DNA of 63,403 nt from Octopus bimaculoides (taxonomy: Eukaryota), in assembly GCF_001194135.2 (NCBI RefSeq), contig NC_068984.1, forward strand, positions 62,599,842 through 62,663,244, in the 5' to 3' direction. The translations under genes were made by a program, and so were the position numbers. The notes beneath the pieces were generated by a model that saw only the letters and a list, made by a program, of their open reading frames with translations, did not search any database and was not told the DNA's origin. Positions 1 through 11,680 of the stretch are shown piece by piece. How positions within the stretch are numbered: position 1 is the stretch's first letter; every line of letters begins with the position of its first letter.

Positions 1-2438
1 ATATATATATATATATGTATGTATGTATGTATATATACGTATATATGTGTGCATGTGAGTGTTAATGTGTATGTTGATGTACAAGTGCTAAATACCTTTC
101 TAACTGCTTCGACATTAACGGCGATGCAATCCATGTAAATTCGCAATTACAATATCGTAACTGGAATGTCCGTATCTAGGGGTGGGTTAAGGTTTACTGA
201 CAAGCATAAAGAAAGTAAGCAAAGGTCTTTTAATTACAGGATTTAAAACAACATGAATCATTAAATGATATATTTTTCAGGTGAATTTATGAAAGTATCT
301 TAAGCATTTTAATCTATTTTCCATACGTTGATATGATAACTGGAAGTTTCTATTGCATTTGCTGCCTGTCAAAATGTTCATAACCATACCCAATAACGCA
401 TGTAAGCCCTAATATTCTGAAGTAGGTTTTGTAAAGTAATGCATACGTATTCGTTTGACCAATAAGACTGGATTTTTAATCAAGCTTTCAAGCAGAAAGA
501 TTCGATGAGGTATCTGTTTTATGGGATATACATTATTAGTATTGTAAATATAAATATAAATTCCAGTATTGATCGTTTCATATTTACCTGTTATTTCATT
601 CGTCGTATTTATTTAAATTACCTCTTAGGAAAATTTCTATCTATATAGTTTAGAATAGGCCAAGGAAATAGTTTTTGTGTCCTTTCCAAAGGTATATTCG
701 AAACAATGAATAATTCTTTAAGCCAGAATGAATGCATCTTATCAAGAGTAAATTCTGTTCTAAAAGTTCTAGTTTTATAAATTAAACTTACTTTTTCTTC
801 TCTGTTACTAGATTATAGTACCAAAGGGGAAAATTTTCGATTGTTTCGACAGAGGAACAGCTGATATAATTGCTAAGTATTACAAGAGATGGGTGTATAG
901 AGTAAAAGTTTTTTCACATTTACTTTGTTAAAGCTCGTATTGATGTTTCAGATCAGAATATGTATACAATTAGACAGATCAGAAAAGATTCTTTGCAAAT
1001 AGGCCAGGCTGTTCAGGAAAAGGGACAACAACTCCTAAAATATATGACAGGATATTTGTTATATTTTACATACATTTCTCGCCCATTACGATTCTACATA
1101 AAGCAGATAAAATCTATGACTATATTTTATGCACGTTTTTGCCTGTAATTCTACATAATCTTGAAAGCCATTATGGTAGTCAAACATCTGCCATTTGTAT
1201 CCTGAGTTCTTTTAAATGTGTATGTCCTAGATTTTTGAAAATGTACCCAGTGTCTATTAGGAAACAAACACCTGACACATAATAATGTGAAAAATAGCTT
1301 CTAATCGGAGGTAGTATAAAATAAAATAGATATGATAAATGAACTGACATGAAAATCAGAAAATATCTAGCCTTGTTAAAATTTGTCAGTGCCATTTTTG
1401 TACCTAAGTGAATAACAAAATCGCTTGTTAGGCATTAAATGAATTTAAAGCTCTTTACGGCCATGTGTATGGGTTTGTGTGTGTATATCGAGGGACCTGC
1501 ATTCACGTTCATCAAAGCAAATACAGGGTGAAAAAGCGGTGTTTGTTTTTGTGTTCTGTGAATTAGCCGTGCGATAAATAGTTATCACAAAATAATTATG
1601 AACCATAAAAATTACAAGCGCTGGGGAATTATGAAGGCTAAACCTCCCTTCAAATAGGCGTTCGAGCTTGTATTTAGTCTAGTAACCAAAATAATGATGA
1701 AAACGTGTTTATAAAACAACTTCCGTGGTTTCTGCTTATTATCGTTCTCTAGAAACCATGTTATATTTCTAAATTTGAATTATTTTAATTTCTACCATAC
1801 CATGAATTGTGTGACACGTCTTTCTCAATGATTTCTCTTGCGTCATTAAATATAAACCAAGGTGTTTGATCAGCTGATTATTACGAGAACAATATTTCAC
1901 AGACAGTATTTTATTGAACTCAGATGTTTGGAATGCAAAAACATATCGATGAGATTTGAATTCAGAAAATGGAAGGAGATAATTTGCTCTCGTGATTTGC
2001 CATCACTCCCCAGCATATGTTGACAATACTACTTCATAAAATAAAGGCACAATGTTTCAATAGAAATTTTGTGGTGCATGGTGGAAGCTATCAATTATAT
2101 TGTTTTCAGCACACGTTTTGAATTATGCCATACTGAGACTAAGAATTTAAAATGTGCACTCTAATACGGCAAGGATCTTTTGTTCGTCATTCTAGCGATT
2201 CTGCTAACAGAGCGCCACTGATATTTAAAATAAGTTAAAACTAAAAAATATTCCTGAAAAAAATGAGAAAAATATTTCAACTAAGATTGGAAAGGAACCT
2301 GGGAAAATGTTGAAAATCCTACGGTGTTCCAGATATTTCTCTTTGAAGTAGTTTAAAGGGAAAAAAACATGCACATTACTACATTTATATACATGCCCTA
2401 TACACAGATGAAGTATATGCGTGCCTGAGGATTGTTTA

Positions 2439-2810
2439 ATACTGTTGGACCGCATTCAACGCCGTATCTGAAATGCTATTGGTCCTGATCTATCTTCTAA
2501 ATTAGATTCACTTTCTCATCATCTTCGTGTGGCTTCCTTGTCTCTTTTCTATAAGTATTTTCATGGACATTGTTCAGCTGATCTCTTTTCATTCGTTCCT
2601 CCTTTAAGAACTTATCAGCGATCAAGTAGACTCGTATCCAATTCTAATCAATATACTGTGCAACCTCCTAAGTGTTGGAAAGCACTTTACAGTACTAATT
2701 TCTTCCCTCGCACCTCTGAACTTTGGAATTCCCTTCCACAGTCTTGTTTTCTTCTTTAATATGACCACCAGTCTTTTAAGTCTAATGTACATCATCATCT
2801 ATTGACTTCT
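2439..2810 (+). mobile_element. CR1/L2-group LINE, ORF2 C-terminal remnant plus 3' end
   Basis: Translates LLDRIQRRI*NAIGPDLSSKLDSLSHHLRVASLSLFYKYFHGHCS...FFPRTSELWNSLP, the typical post-RT tail of CR1/L2-group LINEs; in-frame stops. Confidence 0.8.
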
Positions 2811-2894
2811 GTCTAGCATCCATTTAATTCTAGTAGCTCTCACCTTCTCAGTGGTCCAAGGAACTTGTCTTGTAATGAGCAAACGCTTTAATAT

Positions 2895-3248
2895 NNNNNN
2901 NNNNNNNNNNNNNNNNNNNNNNNNNNNNNNNNNNNNNNNNNNNNNNNNNNNNNNNNNNNNNNNNNNNNNNNNNNNNNNNNNNNNNNNNNNNNNNNNNNNN
3001 NNNNNNNNNNNNNNNNNNNNNNNNNNNNNNNNNNNNNNNNNNNNNNNNNNNNNNNNNNNNNNNNNNNNNNNNNNNNNNNNNNNNNNNNNNNNNNNNNNNN
3101 NNNNNNNNNNNNNNNNNNNNNNNNNNNNNNNNNNNNNNNNNNNNNNNNNNNNNNNNNNNNNNNNNNNNNNNNNNNNNNNNNNNNNNNNNNNNNNNNNNNN
3201 NNNNNNNNNNNNNNNNNNNNNNNNNNNNNNNNNNNNNNNNNNNNNNNN
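2895..3248. other. Assembly gap (first of nine; others 5435-5644, 7352-7942, 9283-9373, 24075-24116, 26426-26618, 53384-53673, 59747-60062, 61820-61829)
   Basis: Runs of N, most bordered by microsatellites or homopolymers. Confidence 0.99.
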
Positions 3249-3529
3249 AATCATAAATATACAGGGATTAGCATTGAGTTGCTTCTCCAACATACTGAAA
3301 ATTTAGAAATAGCAGTCAAAGAACTACTGATTCTAAACTACAAATTTTTCTCTAAATGGATGGCGATATTTATGGCACACATAGAACAAAAAACAGAGTG
3401 ATTACTAATTGACGATTCCCTGCCCTTATTCTTGTATAATATATATATATATATATTGATAGGAAGGACAACAAAAGAAAGAAAGAGACCTCGATATATA
3501 AATAGAGGAATTTATCTGTACAAATATGT

Positions 3530-3571
<42 letters not shown>

Positions 3572-3779
3572 CGACTTAAGATATAGGCTGAAATTAGGCA
3601 ATCAACTTTAATACATACTCATACTATAAGAAATTCGACTTAAAATGCGTATATATATATATATTAATACTTATCGGCATATATGAATATTAAAATATTT
3701 TTATGAATATAAATAAATATAAATAGATAAAAAAATATAAATAAGAATTTAAAGTGTTTTTTTTTTATATATATCAATG

Positions 3780-4036
3780 GTATATAAGGTATAAAATACA
3801 ATTGGAGGAAGTCCCTTTTCTAAGGCCGTTTCCAGAGGAAAAATTAAAATACATCTTACAAACCATGCGAACAAAAAATTGTCAAGAATGTGATCTTATG
3901 AAGATACCTTTCCTGATGAAAGAGACATTCTCTGCATGGTTTATAGGATTTCTATTAACTTTTCTTCTGGGACATGAACTCTGGAAAAGGCCATAGAAAG
4001 CGGACTTCCTCAAATTGTATTATATACCTTATATAC
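3780..4036. mobile_element. MITE-like imperfect palindrome (foldback)
   Basis: 3780-3837 GTATATAAGGTATAAAATACAATTGGAGGAAGTCCC... is the reverse complement (~88%) of 3979-4036; weaker inverted similarity continues inward (to 3868 and 3934). Confidence 0.7.
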
Positions 4037-4423
4037 TATTTATAAATGTTTAAAAACACATTGAATTCTATGCATCTTTTAATTGAAAGTCTTAACCGCT
4101 CTTAATTTTAGTATCCCCAAAATCTTTATCACTGTTTTTTCTCACACTTCTTTCCATATATATATGGCTTTTAATTACATGCATTTTTATGTATATTTAT
4201 GTATATATTTATATTTTTTTAATATTTTAATATTCATATATGTCGATATGTATTAATATATATACGCATTTTAAGTCGAAGTTTTGACAGTATTAGTATG
4301 TATTAAAACTGATTGCCTAATTTGAGTTCTTATCTTAATATTTATCTTTTGTCTTGGGTTCGATCCGAGCACTTCTTAAGCAGTTCTATATATTTCGTAA
4401 GAAAGAACAATAATACACACACA

Positions 4424-4436
4424 CACACGCACGCAT

Positions 4437-4519
<83 letters not shown>

Positions 4520-4520
4520 A
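4424..4520. repeat. (CA)n/(TA)n microsatellite
   Basis: Direct reading. Confidence 0.95.
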
Positions 4521-5133
4521 ATAAACACACATACATATATAAATATAAATGCATACGAAGCAATGTTTTGCCGGCGTGAGTTATATTTTCCTATGAGTTC
4601 TTTGCAGTTTCTTTGCATCAGTAAAGTGCCTTAAATCTATCATCTATCATCAACCTTTCTAGATTTTTATAGTCTCGATTTCATGATAAAATGTTGTTGC
4701 GGGAGTTGCAGCCTCTTTTATATTTGGCAGGATTAATGTGTTTCATAACAATATCAATGCTTGGATTTGAAATTTCGCCGTTATCTATACATCAGTAGTC
4801 AGGCTTTCTTTTTGTTTTGACAAATGAATCCGGTCTCTATTTCTTTTAGTGTTATACTGTGATATGAATACTGTTTCTATCATCAATCTTGATAGAATGT
4901 GATACAAAACATAAGCGTACGATATTCACAGGATACGTGGGTGATATATCCGTTACAATTAACACAATTCATGCTGTCGAAAATATAAGGGAAGACGTAG
5001 AAAACAATACTCGCTGAAATTCCATAACCATACATATACATATAAAACTCCAAGTAATATTATTTTAGGTATAGATAAACAACAAGAAATGAACAACCAT
5101 TTACAACAATGATATCAATTGAAAATGCACATA

Positions 5134-5434
5134 GGTGGAAGCGTGACTGTGTGGTAAGAATCTTGCTTCCCGACCACGCAATTCCGGGTTCAGATCCTGC
5201 GTGGCGCCTTGCACAAGTGTCTATAGCCTCGGGCCGTTCAAAACCTTGTGAGTAGTTTTGGCAGACGGAACCTGAAAGAAGTCGGTCGAATATATATGTT
5301 TGTATGCGTGTGTGTGTGCGTGCGTGTGTGTTGTGTATGTGTGTGTTTGTGTGCGTGCGTGTGTTTTTTTGTGCGTGTGTGTTTGTGTGGTCGTGTCTGT
5401 GTATTTGACCTCCAACACCATCACCACCACCACC
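5134..5434 (+). mobile_element. tRNA-derived SINE family A (CORE-like; probably octopus OR-type), runs into gap
   Basis: A-box-like GTGACTGTGTGGTAAG, B-box-like GGGTTCAGATCC, CCTTGCACAAGTGTC core, internal (GT)n; same layout as copies at 15.7, 30.7 and 39.3 kb. Confidence 0.8.
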
Positions 5435-6184
5435 NNNNNNNNNNNNNNNNNNNNNNNNNNNNNNNNNNNNNNNNNNNNNNNNNNNNNNNNNNNNNNNNNN
5501 NNNNNNNNNNNNNNNNNNNNNNNNNNNNNNNNNNNNNNNNNNNNNNNNNNNNNNNNNNNNNNNNNNNNNNNNNNNNNNNNNNNNNNNNNNNNNNNNNNNN
5601 NNNNNNNNNNNNNNNNNNNNNNNNNNNNNNNNNNNNNNNNNNNNCACACACACACACACATACACACATATATATATATACAGGTAAACACATATATGTT
5701 GGTAGGTATGTGTGTATTGTTCTATTCTTCATGCAACATTTACAAAGACACTTCTGCTTATGCAAAAGACAAGTACTCAAATGGACTGACTTATGTTATT
5801 AAGATTGCAGAGACACATAAGTACATATTGCTTCGCACACATAGTAATACATACATTTATCGATACATATGCTTATTTTCACTTTGATTTAATATTTCTT
5901 GTCCAAAGTTGAATGGCAGACTAATACTGTAAACTCGTATCAATGCCGGAATAAGATGCTGCACTGCTATTTCCAGAACTGATAAGGAAAGGGCAGTAGC
6001 TATGTCAGACATAAACTATTCAGTTAAACAAGTTATAATGTTATCACGGAATGTCGACTAGCTTTCCTTAACGTTCCCACCGGCTTCTGCATTCCGAAGC
6101 TAGGCTTTACAATTCAAGCGGCTATAGATCCGGCGTTTGTCAATAAAACAAGAACAACAAAACAAGACCAACAATTGTAATTGT

Positions 6185-6217
6185 AATAGTAATGATGATG
6201 ATGATGATGATGATGAT

Positions 6218-6265
<48 letters not shown>

Positions 6266-6270
6266 TAGCA
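6185..6270. repeat. (GAT)n followed by (CAT)n trinucleotide array
   Basis: Direct reading. Confidence 0.95.
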
Positions 6271-6855
6271 TTAACATCAACCGTCGCCATCAGCAGCAAC
6301 ATTAATCATCATTGTTGTCAGCATCATCATCAAAAAATTCAACAGTAGCAAAAAAAAAAGAAAAAGAAATATCCCTCTCATTTTGTTGTTGCATTCTCAT
6401 TAGTAGGTTGTTGATAGGCGTGTCCCAATAAATTAAATGTCACCAGTACAATGGTTATCATATATTGAATGTCTTGACTTGTATGCTTTACTGCGTTGCG
6501 CTAATGTATAGACATTTTCCAGGCACTGATAACTTAATGAACTATTTCTTGTCTGGGTGTACTATAGAGTTTCACGTTCAAGTCTTGTGATCTATGATAT
6601 CACATATTTTTCTCACCAAAAATTATGATTGAGAATGTGTTATGTTAAGTTACAAAATTTTTAAGCTAAAAATTATATTGCTCACCGCCCTTTTCTCATT
6701 ATCGTTACTGTTTGTGACGTTGTTGTTATTGTTGCTGTTGTTCTTCTTCTGATGTTGCTATTGTCATTGTGATGTTCAAATTCACACCATCCCTCATACG
6801 CACGCCTATATATATGTAAAATATATACATGTTTCAAGTTCATTCTATATTTCTA

Positions 6856-6909
<54 letters not shown>

Positions 6910-7049
6910 ACACCATTATTAATATTATGCATCGAGTAGGTCATTTTTTGCAAATAAACACATGCACCATATATCCGTTCTTCACTCATGTATTACTGTT
7001 CTTCTTTTATATTATGTCCACTGTCTGGATCTCTTCAACAACACTTTCT

Positions 7050-7335
7050 GAGACTTGGGAGAGTACCCTCTGCTACAGCATCGGGTCAACCAAAGCCTTG
7101 TAAGTGGATTTGGTAGGGCAAGACTGGAAAAGACTGTATTTGCCACCCCACTACCGTCGCTTGACAATAGATTTTGGTATTTATGTTCCCGTAACTTAGT
7201 TGTTCGCCAAAAGAGACCAATATATTAAGGACTAGGCTTACAAAGAATAAGTTTTGTGTCGATTTCTTCGATTAACAAAACCTTTTTTAGGCAGTGCTCC
7301 AGCATAGCTGCAGTCAAATAACAAACAAATAAATG
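7050..7335 (+). mobile_element. SINE family A, 5'-truncated and diverged
   Basis: CCAAAGCCTTGTAAGTGGATTTGGTAG...CTAGGCTTACAAAGAATAAG...GTGCTCCAGCATAGCTGCAGTCAAAT matches the body/tail of the 30709-31080 copy. Confidence 0.8.
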
Positions 7336-8568
7336 AATATAAGAATATATANNNNNNNNNNNNNNNNNNNNNNNNNNNNNNNNNNNNNNNNNNNNNNNNN
7401 NNNNNNNNNNNNNNNNNNNNNNNNNNNNNNNNNNNNNNNNNNNNNNNNNNNNNNNNNNNNNNNNNNNNNNNNNNNNNNNNNNNNNNNNNNNNNNNNNNNN
7501 NNNNNNNNNNNNNNNNNNNNNNNNNNNNNNNNNNNNNNNNNNNNNNNNNNNNNNNNNNNNNNNNNNNNNNNNNNNNNNNNNNNNNNNNNNNNNNNNNNNN
7601 NNNNNNNNNNNNNNNNNNNNNNNNNNNNNNNNNNNNNNNNNNNNNNNNNNNNNNNNNNNNNNNNNNNNNNNNNNNNNNNNNNNNNNNNNNNNNNNNNNNN
7701 NNNNNNNNNNNNNNNNNNNNNNNNNNNNNNNNNNNNNNNNNNNNNNNNNNNNNNNNNNNNNNNNNNNNNNNNNNNNNNNNNNNNNNNNNNNNNNNNNNNN
7801 NNNNNNNNNNNNNNNNNNNNNNNNNNNNNNNNNNNNNNNNNNNNNNNNNNNNNNNNNNNNNNNNNNNNNNNNNNNNNNNNNNNNNNNNNNNNNNNNNNNN
7901 NNNNNNNNNNNNNNNNNNNNNNNNNNNNNNNNNNNNNNNNNNATATATATATATACATATATGTATATATATGTATATATACAGACAGAGAAAGATTGTG
8001 TGTTTGTGTGCGTGTTAGGTGTGATGTACGGAAATTGAATATTGAAGAAAAAGTCATCTTAATTTTGAAGCAAAAGTGTATTTTTTATTTCTTCATTGTT
8101 ATTCGCACTTTCGTTCGTTTCTCGAACTCGTCAAATATAATTTTGTGAATGTACAAACAGCTTGTTCATATATATAAAATAGATATATTTTGGGGGTTTT
8201 GTTTAGAAGAGAACATTGATTTCTTTTGGGTGGGGGTGAGGTTCCATTGATAATGGAGGTGGATGGATAGAAATATAGGTAGGTAGGTAGGTTGATTGAT
8301 AGATATATAGATAGATGGATAGAGAGAGAGATAGATAGATAGATAGAGAGAAAGATAGTCAGACAGATAGACAAAGAGCGGGAGAAAGAGAACCGGGTTC
8401 CCCTTCCTATTCACCAATTATTTATTTATTTAGTCATTTACCATTGTATTGGAATCGGTTTAAGATTGGTGAACTCTGAAAAAAAACAAAAACAAGTGCG
8501 GTGTGGTCATCACTGAAAGTCTTTTTGTTTTCACTTTCCTTCTTTTTTCTTCTTTCATTTTCTCCTCT

Positions 8569-8719
8569 TTGAGTTATATTAGGAATACAAAATGCACTGT
8601 CTCTCCTTTTTCTTTCAAACATTCAATTTTGGAGAGAAATTTTTGATGAAATGTAGGTCTGCAGAAAAAAAACACTAGTATAATATTTGCGAACAAAAAA
8701 ATAAATAAATAAATAAAAT

Positions 8720-8755
<36 letters not shown>

Positions 8756-9215
8756 GTTAAGCTAGAACATCCCAATGCTACACATATATATTCCTGAACA
8801 TTTGTAGAGATGAGCCACAATTGGAATGAAAAATGCAAATTCTCCGCTTTAACTTCCAACATTTAATTTTGGAGAAAGTCCCTTGATAAAGTATGTGCGT
8901 GTGAGGGTTTGTGTGCGTGTTTACGTGTGTATGCATGTGTGCGTGTGTGTATGTGTTTGTGAACATGTCTATGTTTTTACTGTGTAACTTCCGTCACGCC
9001 TCTTTCAATTTCATGTTTTGTATTAGAGAATATTAGTATAACACATACAAACTACAAAACCACGCAAAGCTCAGAACATCTCAATGCCACACATATACAT
9101 CTGAATATTTACAGAGATGAGAATTATGTTTCCGATATTTGAGTTAGAGTACAAAATGTACTGACTCCACTTTTCTTTGAAACATTCAATTTTGGAGAGA
9201 CTTTTCTGATTCAGT
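8569..9215 (+). repeat. Three diverged copies of a ~90-150 bp unit separated by microsatellites
   Basis: AACATT(C/T)AATTTTGGAGA shared by 8569-8655, 8760-8893 and 9068-9215; AGAACATC.CAATGC.ACACATATA shared by the last two. Confidence 0.7.
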
Positions 9216-9234
9216 GTTGTTCCATTGCTTTTCG

Positions 9235-9282
<48 letters not shown>

Positions 9283-9374
9283 NNNNNNNNNNNNNNNNNN
9301 NNNNNNNNNNNNNNNNNNNNNNNNNNNNNNNNNNNNNNNNNNNNNNNNNNNNNNNNNNNNNNNNNNNNNNNNNN

Positions 9375-9423
<49 letters not shown>

Positions 9424-9910
9424 ATGTGTATATGTATGTATGTATGCATGTATGTATGTATGTATATACAGGGTATGTGAATAAATTTTCTACATTATGC
9501 AAAACTGTAAATAACGCTGACATCTTATTTTAACAGATATATTTACATAAGAATATCTTCAAATACTAAAAAAGAGTAAATTCATTCAATAAAATCGCCA
9601 TTGACTTCTGCTACGGCCTCCAGACGACTTCAGAATCACCTGCAACTCTTCTGGGCGGTTTCCTTGTTTATGTTGCTGAATGCTGTCATAATCCTCACCT
9701 TTAGTTCATCTTCAATGTTACAAGCAGGTTGTAGGTCCCTCACTCAACTGCGCCCCACACATCATAATCAAGGGAGTGGCAGTGTGGGGAGTTGGATTCC
9801 CAGATATTAGGGGGTGATATAGTCGCAGAAATTGTCTCAGAGCCATGATTGTACATTATTTAAATTATTTACATTATTTACATTCGACGGATATTTGTCC
9901 TCATCTTGTT

Positions 9911-9956
9911 AACACAACGTTTCGGCTGATATATCTTCCAGCCTTCTTCAGGTGTC
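9911..9956 (-). ncRNA. Minimal type-I hammerhead ribozyme motif
   Basis: GACAC-CUGAAGA-A-GGCUG[GAAGAUAUAU]CAGCC-GAAAC-GUU-GUGUU: core, 5-bp stem II, GUU site, stem I GACAC/GUGUU. Confidence 0.7.
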
Positions 9957-10036
9957 TTGGGAAAATTTCGAACCTGGGAATGGGAATCCAGGTTTTCGAA
10001 CTTAGGAATGGGAACCCAGGTTCGAAATTTCCCCAA

Positions 10037-10082
10037 GACACCTGAAGAAGGTTGGAGGGCATATCAGCCGAAACGTTGTGTT
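10037..10082 (+). ncRNA. Minimal type-I hammerhead ribozyme motif
   Basis: GACAC-CUGAAGA-A-GGUUG[GAGGGCAUAU]CAGCC-GAAAC-GUU-GUGUU; one G-U in stem II; predicted cleavage after 10077. Confidence 0.7.
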
Positions 10083-10632
10083 AGCATCAAACAAAATGAG
10101 GACAAATATCCGTCGAATGTAACTAATGTAAATAATTAAAAAAATATACATAATTCCTCATCTTTTAAATATAAAACAGACATGACTGTGTTCCTCTGCT
10201 TGTGTAGCATGGTGCAGAATCTTGTTGCCAGACATAGGATCTTCCAGCAATTACCCTCTTGACCCAGGGCAGCACTACCACTTCCAGGCACTTGATGTAG
10301 GCCTCCGTATTGAGCCTAAAGAGTTTGGTAAGATAAATGGAGGCATAACGTCGCCGTCCCTAGTGATCAGTCTAATCATCATGATGTTGACGGGATGTTT
10401 GATTTTTAGCACTCTCGGTACATGTCCTCAGAATGCACCGTCCTCAGATTGACACCCAAACACTATTAAGTATTCGTATTGGAGCTTCCGATGCGAATGC
10501 CAAACAGTACACCATGTCATTTCCAAATTTCTGACAGAGTGAATTGCGTCATGGAGCTGTTTTTCTCGTTGACGGTGCCCCACTAACGCTACTATACTGT
10601 GTAGTCGATAAAATCAAAAACCAAACAAGGCG

Positions 10633-10726
10633 CGGGAAGAATGGAAAAGTTCGGGAAGAATGGAAACGTTCGGGAAGAATGGAAACGTTCGGGAAGAATA
10701 GAAACGTTCAGGAGGAATGGAAAAGT
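10633..10726 (+). repeat. 19-bp minisatellite, five copies
   Basis: Unit CGGGAAGAATGGAAACGTT with variants. Confidence 0.9.
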
Positions 10727-11589
10727 ATTTGACGATTTGAGCCTACGCTCTTCGACAGGAAAAAACTGAGAGGGAACAAAAAAATTTAAAAAAAAACAGA
10801 AAGAAAGAATGTGTAGGGATACATATACATTTGTATGTGTGTGTAATTAACAAACTGAATACAATTTACGAGAAAATTTTGCAATTTTATTTTGATTAAA
10901 ATGCCAGCGTGTTTCCGGGCTAAAACTTTGAAGGCTGTTTGCGTGCTCAACTGCTTCTTGCTGTCACTCCCTCCCGCTTTGTTTGTTGTTTTGACTGACA
11001 AGGAACATTACGTTTTATTACATGTAACGTAATTTTACATTGAAGCTGTGGAAATGCAATTATCAGTTTGTTTAGAAGAATTAGTATGGTAAAATGATCT
11101 AGGTTTACTCAATTTTAAATTTTGTTTCCTTATTTCCTCATATTTTCAAATTCATGCTAAGTAATATATTGAAATTCATTACGAAATATTGTAGAGTTAA
11201 CGAAATTAGTATGTATAATAAAATAGATTATATTCTAAACAATTGTACTTGCCGAAAGAGATTCTGCCTGAATGAAACAGTAACGTTGTAAAGACGTCTC
11301 TCGAATTTTATGTACCAACACACTTATCATTAAGGTTAAAAAATACGCTATAATTTTATATACACATGATAGTTTCAGTATTCTTACAACATTTTATTGT
11401 GTATCGCTTAGATAAACATAGAATTATCGGATGCCTGAATATAGTTAAAGTTTCTGAAAACAAGGCAAAAATGCATATGAGTAAAAATTTAAAACCCGCT
11501 TCCCAATTTCCTATTTAAAACTTTGTTTAGCATAGCAAAACAAATTTCAAAGTTATCACTACATAAAGGGATTTTCATTATAATAATCT

Positions 11590-11680
11590 ATATAAAAGCG
11601 GTTTGCTAGAAGAATTTTTAGCAAACCGCGCAAAATGCTTGCCAGCATTTCGTCCACCTTTACGTTCTGAACTTACACAT
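11590..11680 (+). mobile_element. SINE family B, degenerate head
   Basis: TTAGCAAACCGCGCAAAATGCTT...CATTTCGTCC...TACGTTCTGA. Confidence 0.55.

Larger units (their letters stand above)
9849..10180. mobile_element. Palindromic non-autonomous insert with Penelope-type ends
   Basis: Arms ~9850-9978 and ~10015-10151 are reverse complements; CATGA at 9844-9848 and 10181-10185; removing the insert rejoins the maT transposase. Confidence 0.85.
9469..10560 (-). mobile_element. Tc1/mariner maT (DD37D) transposon, internally deleted and interrupted by a 332-bp insert
   Basis: Minus strand: MTQFTLSEIWK*HGVLFGIRIGSSN (start ~10552); KHPVNIMM...YVWQQDSAPCYTSRGTQS|WL*DNFCDY...SLDYDVWGAVE...GDFIE*; ~37 residues between catalytic Asp; TA|CAGGGT terminus at 9469. 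Confidence 0.85.

Noticed and set aside
1001-1030. PGCSGKGT resembling an adenylate-kinase P-loop
   Set aside because: Spacing is wrong and no preceding hydrophobic strand or other kinase motif is present.
4690-5040. Possible R4-type endonuclease remnant on the minus strand (KRKPDY*CID)
   Set aside because: Similarity is too weak to support a call.
10633-10726. CRISPR-like array
   Set aside because: Head-to-tail 19-bp units with no unique spacers and no cas genes; eukaryotic context.
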